Below, piece by piece: positions 56,482 through 64,000 of a stretch of DNA of 64,000 nt (its first letter is position 1; every line of letters starts with the position of its first letter). The DNA lies in the NCBI RefSeq assembly GCF_018069705.1, contig NZ_CP072943.1, forward strand, positions 2,943,945 through 3,007,944. The letters run 5' to 3'. This DNA is from Aminithiophilus ramosus. GTDB lineage: Bacteria > Synergistota > Synergistia > Synergistales > Aminithiophilaceae. The notes below the pieces were generated by a model, which was not told the origin of the DNA, ran no database searches, and saw only the letters and a program-made list of their open reading frames with translations. Made by a program: the position numbers and the translations under genes.

Positions 56482-58257
56482 ATGTGGAGCAACAGAACGT
56501 TCCGCCGCCCGAGCCTCGCTCTCCTGATCGCCCTTTCCCTCGTCTTTCTGGCCTCTCTGGCCTGGGCCGATCCCGAGGCGAGCCGCCGGGACGGCAGGGC
56601 CTACGGCCGGGCCAACGCCGAGGCCGTGGCCGAAAGCGTCGGCGAGCTCCTGGAGAAGGGGCGCGCCCAGGGAATCGACTACGGCTCCGTCCTCGCCGAG
56701 GCCCGCAGACGGGAGGCCCTCTACCGCCAGGTCCTCCCCGACAAGATGGCCTGGATCGAGGGCGTCGCCCAAGGGTCAGGCGTGGCCTACGACGATCTCC
56801 TCATCCTGAACGCGGCCGACCGCCTGATGACGGGCTTCGTCGGCGAGTGCACCACCTTCATCGCCCACGGCACGGTTCTGGCCGAAGGCAAGGGGTCCCT
56901 CATCGCCAAGAACCGCGACCTCGGCTCCCACACCCTGAGCGAGGTGGCCTTCGAGGAGGCGGCCCGCCACGATTCGAAGGACGTCTATCGAGGGGCCTAC
57001 ATCGACATTCCCCAGGTCGAGAAGACCTACCGCTTCGTCGGCTCCCGCTCGGCCGGCCGCTGGGGCTACGGCATGGGCATCAACGAACGCCAGGTCCTCG
57101 TCGCCGACAACGACGCCCCCACCCGTGACGCCCTCGCCTTCACCGAGGGACTTCACGACAACGACTACATCCGCCTCGTCCTCGAGCGGGCCGGAACGGC
57201 CCGGGAGGGCGTCGAGATCCTCACGAAGCTGACGGAGAAGTACGGCCAGGCCTGGAACTCCATCATGTTCGAGATCGCCGACCCCAAGGAGCTCTGGGTC
57301 GTCGAGATCGCCGGCTACCGCTGGGTGGCCAAGAAGTACGAGAACACCTACACGGCCCGGTCCAACCAGTTCCAGATCACCGACGACTACGACCTGGCCG
57401 CCGAGGACCTTATCTCCTTCGCCGTCTCCCAGGGCTGGATCGACAAGGACGTGAAGAAGATCAACTTCCGCGCCGTCTACGGCGGCACGACGCTCTACCC
57501 CGACGACAACGAGAACCTCAAGGACCGCCCCGCCACGGAGATCCTCTACAACACGGAGATGCGCTACCGTCGGGCCATGGAACTTCTGGGCGCCATCGAC
57601 GGCAAGATCTCGCCGGAGACGGTTCTTCCCCTCGTCCGCGACCACTACGACACCTACACCCTTCCCAGCGGTGCCGTCCTGGAGCTGAACCAGATCCCCT
57701 TCTACAGCAGCAAGTACGCCGACATGCAGGAGTGGATCACCCAGTTCCCGGAAAAGGACACCTTCGAGCGCACGATCTTCCCCCGGGCCATCTGCCACCA
57801 CGCCTTCGAGGGCATCACGGCCTCGTCGGCCATCCTCGTCGCCCGTCCCGGCATCCCCAATGAACTGGGCTACATGCTCCACTGTTTCATGCAGCCCTGC
57901 AACAGCCTCTTCATCCCCTTCTACGTCGGGGCCTCCCGCGTCGATCCCCGCTTCACGACGCCCGAGGCGGGAAGCCTCTTCATGATCATCTCCAAGATGG
58001 CCTTCGGCGCCTACGAATCCTACCACGGCGCCATCCGTAACCTCTTCGATCCCTACGAGAAGGACCTCTTCGGCGCCATGGCGACGATGGAGACGGAGTA
58101 TGCCGCACTGATCAAGGCAGGCAAGGGCGACGAGGCCCGCCACCTTCTCGACGCCTTCAGCGACGCCAAGGGAGCCGAGGGAATCGACCTGGCCCGCGAG
58201 GCCATCGAGGCCGTCTTCGCCGAGACGGCCGCCTCGTCGGCCTGGAGCCGCGACTGA
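56482..58257 (+). CDS. Secreted C69-family dipeptidase
   Basis: Signal peptide, N-terminal-nucleophile region FVGECTTFIAHGTVLAEGKGSLIAKNRD, and large size. Typical of peptidase C69. Confidence 0.7.
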   Translation: MWSNRTFRRPSLALLIALSLVFLASLAWADPEASRRDGRAYGRANAEAVAESVGELLEKGRAQGIDYGSVLAEARRREALYRQVLPDKMAWIEGVAQGSGVAYDDLLILNAADRLMTGFVGECTTFIAHGTVLAEGKGSLIAKNRDLGSHTLSEVAFEEAARHDSKDVYRGAYIDIPQVEKTYRFVGSRSAGRWGYGMGINERQVLVADNDAPTRDALAFTEGLHDNDYIRLVLERAGTAREGVEILTKLTEKYGQAWNSIMFEIADPKELWVVEIAGYRWVAKKYENTYTARSNQFQITDDYDLAAEDLISFAVSQGWIDKDVKKINFRAVYGGTTLYPDDNENLKDRPATEILYNTEMRYRRAMELLGAIDGKISPETVLPLVRDHYDTYTLPSGAVLELNQIPFYSSKYADMQEWITQFPEKDTFERTIFPRAICHHAFEGITASSAILVARPGIPNELGYMLHCFMQPCNSLFIPFYVGASRVDPRFTTPEAGSLFMIISKMAFGAYESYHGAIRNLFDPYEKDLFGAMATMETEYAALIKAGKGDEARHLLDAFSDAKGAEGIDLAREAIEAVFAETAASSAWSRD

Positions 58258-58261
58258 GGCC

Positions 58262-58741
58262 GTGAGGCGCCTCTCGGCCCCGGGGGCTCTCGTCCTTCTC
58301 TGCCTTCTGGGAACGGCTGCGGCGACGTCGGGCGGAGAGTGGACCCTCCCGCAGGAAGAGAGACTCCTCGCCCCCGTCGATGCGGGAAAAGAGGGGGACC
58401 TCCATGAGGGGACTCCCCTCCCCTGGACGACGACGCGAGGGGACGAGATCCACCTCGACGGGCGCATCTCCGGCCTTTTCTCCTCCTACCCCGGCGACGG
58501 GCAGAGGATTCTGGGACGTTACATCGCCGAGGCCTGCCCCCTGTCATCGATCAAGGGGGAGACCTTCGCCCTCACCCTCGAGCGACGAGGCGACGGCACG
58601 CCTCTTTACCGGATCGGCCTCGTCGAGGAGGGGCGCTTCGCCCTCTACCTCGTCACGGAGGAGCTCTACCGGGCCCTGGCGCCGCGGTGGAAGACCCCCC
58701 AGATCCCGGCAGGCGATCCCTCCGTCAACAACGGCGCCTGA
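58262..58741 (+). CDS. Hypothetical secreted protein
   Basis: Signal peptide (LVLLCLLGTAAATSG). No recognisable domain. Confidence 0.4.
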   Translation: MRRLSAPGALVLLCLLGTAAATSGGEWTLPQEERLLAPVDAGKEGDLHEGTPLPWTTTRGDEIHLDGRISGLFSSYPGDGQRILGRYIAEACPLSSIKGETFALTLERRGDGTPLYRIGLVEEGRFALYLVTEELYRALAPRWKTPQIPAGDPSVNNGA

Positions 58742-59033
58742 CGGTGAAAGAGGCGGGCGTGTCCCGCCTTTCGAGCGGCGCCGGAGGGGCTCGCGGAATC
58801 CATACGCAGCGGGGAGGCGACAGAGTCGCCTCCCCGCTCCATGTATCCGAAAGGCGGACCCGAGAGGCCTTCGCCGTCGGATCGGCCCTCGACCCTCTCC
58901 CGGAGCGCCTCTCCCCTGCGGGAGCCGGTCGCCTTCCCTGGAGCCGCACGGTCCCGTCGACGTCCTCCCTACCCTTCGTTGCGCGCCGATGGACGGGAGG
59001 AAGACCTCGCCCCTTCAGAAAGCCTCCGCCCGT

Positions 59034-59165
59034 TTAATCGCGCTTCTGTTCCCTGGCGCGCCGTTCCTGGCCCTGCATGGTCTTCCAGATGCACCAGGCA
59101 AAACCGCCGAAGGTGATGCCCAGAATCAGGACCATGTTGACGATCCACGTCGTTCCGCCTTCCAT
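59034..59165 (-). CDS. Putative 43-aa single-TM small protein (not in ORF track)
   Basis: GGAGGGATGGACG RBS then ATG. MEGGTTWIVNMVLILGITFGGFAWCIWKTMQGQERRAREQKRD. Resembles small accessory subunits of solute symporters. Confidence 0.3.
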   Translation of the reverse strand: MEGGTTWIVNMVLILGITFGGFAWCIWKTMQGQERRAREQKRD

Positions 59166-59439
59166 CGTCCATCCCTCCTTCTGCGCCCCGCAAACGGGGC
59201 GCGACCGAAGACGCTCGGACAGAGCGCTCTCCCGGGCGAGGGCCTGGCGCGGAGAAGGAGATCGATAAGGAAAAAGGGAGGGAAGGGAAGACGATCGAGG
59301 TCGGTCTCAAAGGGCCTCGGCGCAAAGTCCTCGCTTTCACGCAAAACCCTTCGTTTCAACCCGATCATAATACAGGAGATCGGGAAAGGCAACGCCTCCG
59401 TCCCGGGTTCCGCGAAAAGCCCGGGGCGGAGGCGCCGTC

Positions 59440-60189
59440 TCAGGCCCCGGCCCGGCCCTGGCGGGCGACGGCCTCGGCGGCGGCCTCGGCGGCCTCGGGA
59501 TCGCCGAGGTAGTAGTGTCTCTGCGGCCGCAGCTCCTCGTCGAGCTCGTAGACGAGGGGGATGCCCGTGGGGATGTTGAGGCCCACGATCGCCTCGTCGG
59601 AAATGCCGTCGAGGTATTTGACGAGAGCCCGGATGCTGTTGCCGTGGGCCACGACGAGGACGCGGCAGCCCGAGCGAAGGGCCGGGACGATCGTCTCGTG
59701 CCAGAAGGGGAGGACGCGGTGGACCGTGTCGTCGAGACACTCCGTCAGGGGCAGATCCTCCTCGGGAATCTCCCTGTAACGGCGGTCATGGCCGGGCCAG
59801 CGCTCGTCGGAGCGCTCCAGCTCGGGAGGCCGGACGGCGTAGCTGCGACGCCAGACCAGGACCTGATCGTCGCCGTAGCGGGCCGCCGTGTCGGCCTTGT
59901 TGAGTCCCTGGAGGGCCCCGTAGTGGCGCTCGTTGAGGCGCCAGCTCCGCACGACGGGAAGCCACATCAGATCCATCCTGTCGAGGGCGATCCAGAGGGT
60001 CCGGATGGCCCGCTTGAGGACGGAGGTGAAGGCGATGTCGAAGGTGTATCCCTCGTCCCTGAGAAGGTCGCCTGCGGCTCGGGCCTCGTCGAGGCCCTTT
60101 TCGGACAGGTCCACGTCGGTCCAGCCCGTGAAGCGGTTCTCCCTGTTCCAGTCGCTTTCGCCGTGTCTGAGAAGCACCAGTCTGATCAT
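59440..60189 (-). CDS. gpmA: 2,3-bisphosphoglycerate-dependent phosphoglycerate mutase
   Basis: [32 protein letters not shown] with the catalytic RHGES motif. Only the 3' 750 bp of the long track ORF is real. Confidence 0.9.
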   Translation of the reverse strand: MIRLVLLRHGESDWNRENRFTGWTDVDLSEKGLDEARAAGDLLRDEGYTFDIAFTSVLKRAIRTLWIALDRMDLMWLPVVRSWRLNERHYGALQGLNKADTAARYGDDQVLVWRRSYAVRPPELERSDERWPGHDRRYREIPEEDLPLTECLDDTVHRVLPFWHETIVPALRSGCRVLVVAHGNSIRALVKYLDGISDEAIVGLNIPTGIPLVYELDEELRPQRHYYLGDPEAAEAAAEAVARQGRAGA

Positions 60190-60372
60190 GTTCTTCCCTC
60201 TCCTTTCCGGTCGACGGGAAGGCCTCTTCTCTCTCTTCCCCGTTATCGTTCTCCCATTATAGGGGTCGCACCCCCCTCCGCAATCGAAGGGCCCGTGACG
60301 ATCGGGGGAAAGGGCGACGGCAACAAGCATGGTAGAATAAAAAAATCGAGTTGTCTCCTGCCCCTTAAACCG

Positions 60373-60485
60373 AAGGCTCGTCAGGACAAACTCCGTCGGA
60401 TCCGCCGATTCAAGGCTCGTTCCAATCACCTCGCCGATGCGGGTTCGAGACAGCCGTCTCCGTCCCCCGGACGTCTCCCGGCCAG
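60373..60485. repeat. Copy B of the roughly 115-bp intergenic repeat family
   Basis: See 17795-17905. Blocks shared in order over about 115 bp. Confidence 0.55.
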
Positions 60486-60624
60486 GCCGATGGCGGTTGC
60501 CGTTCCGTCTTTGCCGGTGGATCGGGGTGCCCCTGAGCCCACGGACAAAGAAAGGCCAAAGCGTCGGACACGCCGCAAAACGCCTGTGGCGTGACGGTCG
60601 TGCCCCGAAGCGGCGGGCCCGGTC

Positions 60625-60735
60625 GAACCGGACCGACCCCGTCAGGCCCGCCGATCCGAGGTCCGTTCGAAACGCCCGGTCGGCCCGGACTCGAGGCCCG
60701 TCCCTCGATCCCGGAGACGTCTCGCGGCCCCGTCG
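60625..60735. repeat. Degenerate copy C of the same repeat family
   Basis: CGTCAGG...GATCCGAGG.CCGTTCGAA...GGACTCGAGGCCCGTCC...CCGGAGACGTCTCGCGGCC, collinear with copy B. Confidence 0.4.
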
Positions 60736-60801
60736 AAGACCCTTCCACGGCGCTTTGCCCGCGACTTCGGGCTCCATCTGTCCGAGAAAGAGAGGTCGCC
60801 C

Positions 60802-63048
60802 ATGAAAAGAGGCCTGTCCCTCCCCCTTGTCCTTCTGATTCCGGCCCTGCTCCTCCTCTCGGCCCTCCTCTCTGCCGAGGCCAGGGCCTTCGACGTGACC
60901 ACGGCCGACGTCGAGGCCCTGGAGGAGCGGGCCCGAAGTCTCGACGACGCCATCGCCGAGGCGATGCGCACCGATCTCTCCTTGGAGGCGGCCCGTCTCG
61001 GCCTGGAGCCGTCGCAGATCGCGGAGCGTCGGGAACGCCTCGAGGCCCTGCAGGCGCTCTACCGCCGGCTGTCGACGACCCTTTCCCGCGCGGAGCGGCT
61101 GCAGAAAGAGACGCAGGCCATCGAGGAGGCCGCCAGCTCCGGAGGCCGGGCGTTCCAACAGGAGCCGCCCTATCCCCTCTCTCTCCTGGACGAACAGACG
61201 GAACACCTTCAGGGCCTGCAACAGCAGCTTGACGCTCTGCGAAGGTCCAAGGCTCTGACCCAACGGGCTCTCGAACGGGCCAAGACGGGGTTGAGCGACG
61301 CCGAGGCCTTCAGGAGACGACTGGCCGACGGGGTCCGCGGCGGAGAGCCCTCTCCCGGCCTGGCCTGGCGGATCAGCCTGGCCGATCTGGCCATCGCCCA
61401 GAACCGGGCCGAAAGTTTCCTGCAGGAGAAGCTCATGGCCAATACCGCCCTGAGCGAAAAAAAGCTGGCCATCGAGATCGACTTGGCCCGTCAGAACCGC
61501 GACTGGGTCGCCAAGAACCTCGTCTACAGCGAAGAGGATCTCCAGTCCCAGCTCAAAGCTGAAGAAACCCGCAAGGCCGATCTGAGCCGCCGCGTCGAAG
61601 AGGGAATCCGCCTCCGGGAAAGGCTGGAGAAGGAGCTGACTCAGGCGCAGGCGGTCGTCCAGAAGGCACAGACGGAGGACCAGGCTCTCGTCGCCTCGGC
61701 CCAGCTGCAGACGAAGACGCTGCAACTCACCTACGCTCAGTCGGATCTGGAGTTGCTGCAAGGACGCATCGACCTGGCCTCCAAGGCCCAGCAGATCTGG
61801 AGGGCCCGGTACGCCATGCTCAAAGGAGGCCTCCCTTCGGAGGAGCTTTTCGCCTTCCAGAACAGCGCCGAGGCCTGGTCGGAGGAGCTGGACGAATCCC
61901 TGTCGGCCCTGCAGGCCTACCAGACCACTCTGTCCAGCAACAGGGAGTCGCTCAACCGCGACCTGGCCGCGGCCAACCTTCTGCCGAAAGTCGTCGAAAA
62001 CCTCAAGACAAGAGAGACGGATCTCTCGGCGGCCATCGAGAACAACCTGGCCGCCCTCTCCGACGTGCTGCGTCTTTCGGCCCTCAACGACCGGTTCGTC
62101 GAGGAGACCAAACAGACGATCGGAGCCGTTCAACTCGCGGAGAAAGTGACGTCCATGGGACGCCGTCGCGTCGTCGAGGTCTGGCAGACCGAGCTCTGGA
62201 CCAGCGGCGATCACGGCGTCACCGTCGGCAAGCTTCTGATCGCCCTCGTTCTCATGGTCATCGGCTCCGTCGCGAGCCGACGCGCCGCCCAATACGTGGG
62301 CGACAAGCTGCTGACGCGCTTCGAAATGGAGCTGGGAGCGGCCCAGGCCGCCAAGAACCTCTCCTTCTACCTGCTGATCCTTCTTTTTTTCCTCGCCGCC
62401 CTGAGGGTCGTCAACATTCCCCTCACGGCCTTCGCCTTCCTCGGCGGCGCCTTCGCCATCGGCATCGGCCTCGGCGCCCAGAAGTTCTTCTCCGACCTCA
62501 TCAGCGGCTTCGTCATCCTCATGCAGAAGCCCTTCCGCATCAACGACATGATCCAAGTCGACGGCATGTTCGCCACCGTCATCGAAGTGGGCAGCCGCTA
62601 CACCAAGATCCGCACCTTCGACAACGCCGACGTCATGATGCCCAACGGCTACCTCCTGGATAACCGGATCATCAACTGGACCTTGGGCGACCGCATCATG
62701 CGCAGCAAGGTCACCGTCGGCGCCGGCTACGACTCGGACCCCAAACGCGTCCGGGAGCTCCTTCTCCAGGCGGCATCGGAGCACCTCAAGGTGCTCCCCA
62801 AGCCGGCCCCCTTCGTCGTCTTCAGCGACTTCGGCGACAGCGCCCTCGTCTTCGACCTCTACTTCTGGGTCCATATGGATTTCGCCTCGGCCCTGGTCGT
62901 CGGCAGCGATCTCCGCTACCGCATCACCGAGCTCTTCCGCCAGGACGGGATCTCCATCGCCTTCCCCCAGAGCGACGTGCACCTCGACGTCGTCGGGCCC
63001 CTCAGGGTCCGCCTCGAAGGAGCGACCGGCCCGGACGAGAGGGACTAG
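60802..63048 (+). CDS. Mechanosensitive channel, MscK/KefA-like (MscS family) with long periplasmic coiled-coil N-domain
   Basis: Signal peptide, about 430 aa of coiled-coil, TM bundle, and MscS beta domain ([49 protein letters not shown]). Confidence 0.8.
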   Translation: MKRGLSLPLVLLIPALLLLSALLSAEARAFDVTTADVEALEERARSLDDAIAEAMRTDLSLEAARLGLEPSQIAERRERLEALQALYRRLSTTLSRAERLQKETQAIEEAASSGGRAFQQEPPYPLSLLDEQTEHLQGLQQQLDALRRSKALTQRALERAKTGLSDAEAFRRRLADGVRGGEPSPGLAWRISLADLAIAQNRAESFLQEKLMANTALSEKKLAIEIDLARQNRDWVAKNLVYSEEDLQSQLKAEETRKADLSRRVEEGIRLRERLEKELTQAQAVVQKAQTEDQALVASAQLQTKTLQLTYAQSDLELLQGRIDLASKAQQIWRARYAMLKGGLPSEELFAFQNSAEAWSEELDESLSALQAYQTTLSSNRESLNRDLAAANLLPKVVENLKTRETDLSAAIENNLAALSDVLRLSALNDRFVEETKQTIGAVQLAEKVTSMGRRRVVEVWQTELWTSGDHGVTVGKLLIALVLMVIGSVASRRAAQYVGDKLLTRFEMELGAAQAAKNLSFYLLILLFFLAALRVVNIPLTAFAFLGGAFAIGIGLGAQKFFSDLISGFVILMQKPFRINDMIQVDGMFATVIEVGSRYTKIRTFDNADVMMPNGYLLDNRIINWTLGDRIMRSKVTVGAGYDSDPKRVRELLLQAASEHLKVLPKPAPFVVFSDFGDSALVFDLYFWVHMDFASALVVGSDLRYRITELFRQDGISIAFPQSDVHLDVVGPLRVRLEGATGPDERD

Positions 63049-63467
63049 GTCGTCAGGCGCTCCATCAGGGCCGTCCCCTCGTCGACCACTTCCCTCCTGG
63101 CCCGTACGGCCTCGGCGCAGGCGGCGGCAACGTCGTCGGAGTGATTCAGGATATAGAGCAGACAGGCCAGCCTGAGATCGAGCCCCATGTCATCGACGTA
63201 GCGCCTCAGCTCTCCGTCACCCGTCGTCGGGTCGTATTTGCAGACGTATTTCCCCTTGTCGCCCAGGGCGACGGTGAACGCCATCGTCCCCCAGGAGAAG
63301 GAGACCTCCTGACCGCCGTGGGAAACCACCGTGGCCAGGGCGTTGAGGAAGCGGTTTCCCTCCAGGTATATCTGCCCCGCACCCTTGAGAAGGGCCTCCC
63401 GAGAGGCCTTCAGTTTCATCGTCTCCTCCCGAAGCCGGGAGATGGCCGCACCGTAGACAAAGGCCAT
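63045..63467 (-). CDS. Hypothetical protein
   Basis: 140-aa ORF with host-like codon usage. No motif recognised. Confidence 0.35.
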   Translation of the reverse strand: MAFVYGAAISRLREETMKLKASREALLKGAGQIYLEGNRFLNALATVVSHGGQEVSFSWGTMAFTVALGDKGKYVCKYDPTTGDGELRRYVDDMGLDLRLACLLYILNHSDDVAAACAEAVRARREVVDEGTALMERLTT

Positions 63468-63688
63468 GGCCCCGTCCCCCCTTTCGATCGTCTCCCTTTC
63501 ATTGTAGTCGCTCCCCCTCGGAACCGCATCCGGGACCTCGTAGGGACCGTTACGGAACTCCCGAGGGCGTAACAGAGCCGTGACAGAGCCGTAAAGCCTC
63601 CGTTACGCCCTCCCCCTATACTGACGATCAAGAGGAAGGGCCATCGAGCCCCTTCCGGAAACCAACGATCGTCAAGGGGGAATGTTCT

Positions 63689-64000
63689 GTGAAGGTAACG
63701 AAGGTGCTCCTCGCCGCTTTGCTGTCTCTGACTCTCTCCATCGGCGCCGCTTTCGCCGGTGACCTGGCCATGAACGGATCGACGACGGTTCTGCCCATCG
63801 CCCAGGCGGCGGCGGAGAAGTACATGGAGGCCCACGGCGACGTCAACATCTCCGTCTCCGGCGGCGGCAGCAGCAACGGCATCAAGGCCATCATCGACGG
63901 GACGACGGACATCGCCAACGCCTCGCGCTTCATCAAGGACAAAGAGGTCGAGGCGGCCGTGGCCGGCGGGGCCTATCCCGTTCCCTTCGGCATCGCCCTC
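63689..64000 (+). CDS. pstS: Phosphate ABC transporter substrate-binding protein PstS (3' end beyond window)
   Basis: GTG start, signal peptide, GSTTVLPIAQAAAEKY...ISVSGGGSSNGIKAIIDGTTDIANASR. Confidence 0.8.
   Translation, partial: MKVTKVLLAALLSLTLSIGAAFAGDLAMNGSTTVLPIAQAAAEKYMEAHGDVNISVSGGGSSNGIKAIIDGTTDIANASRFIKDKEVEAAVAGGAYPVPFGIAL

Noticed and set aside
56466-57128. 220-aa plus-strand ORF overlapping the 5' part of the C69 dipeptidase gene
   Set aside because: Arg, Gly and Pro-rich alternative frame. The C69 frame (56482-58257) carries the signal peptide and catalytic motifs.
60373-60485. tRNA-like signal (GGGTTCGAG) inside the intergenic repeat
   Set aside because: No acceptor or anticodon stems can be paired by eye. 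The same block occurs in all repeat copies, so it is part of the repeat consensus rather than a tRNA gene.
60190-62982. Upper part of the 1180-aa minus-strand ORF 59440-62982
   Set aside because: Only the 3' 750 bp (gpmA, starting [12 protein letters not shown]) has protein-like sequence. The remainder is antisense to the MscS-family gene and upstream intergenic DNA.
1-64000. CRISPR arrays, rRNA or tRNA genes
   Set aside because: No short regularly spaced direct repeats with unique spacers, no rRNA-like conserved blocks and no cloverleaf candidates were seen. The only tandem repeats are the gvpA units.

Overview
This 64 kb window is high-GC bacterial chromosome, probably from an anaerobic amino-acid/peptide fermenter. 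Supporting this: a complete rnfCDGEAB operon, ApbE flavin transferase, many peptidases (M20, M24, M29, C69, S10-like), a TRAP transporter, an SSS symporter, a group-4 hydrogenase-like membrane complex, Tex, GpmA, MscS and PstS. The centre of the window (about 24.9 to 35.6 kb) is a conspicuously AT-rich island. It encodes a full gas-vesicle cluster on the minus strand: three tandem gvpA genes, gvpN, two gvpF/L genes, gvpG, gvpK and two GvpJ/M-like genes (one with a zinc ribbon). The island also carries two Hsp20-type chaperones, a CDC48-like double AAA+ ATPase and several coiled-coil or unknown proteins. The island is compositionally chimeric. The three near-identical gvpA copies and the D1 domain of the CDC48-like gene have host-like high GC, while everything else is low GC. 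Right of the island lies a flexible region with chemoreceptors, an MCP pseudogene remnant and an IS3-family insertion sequence. Other notable points: the hydrogenase-like large subunit has lost the N-terminal NiFe-ligating CxxC motif, which suggests an Ehr-type (hydrogenase-related, non-NiFe) complex. A 56-bp perfect palindrome covers the RBS and start codon of a GntR regulator. A roughly 115-bp intergenic repeat family occurs at three sites. The window starts inside a 5'-truncated DDE transposase gene. All calls rest on reading the supplied translations and DNA by eye. No database searches were run.
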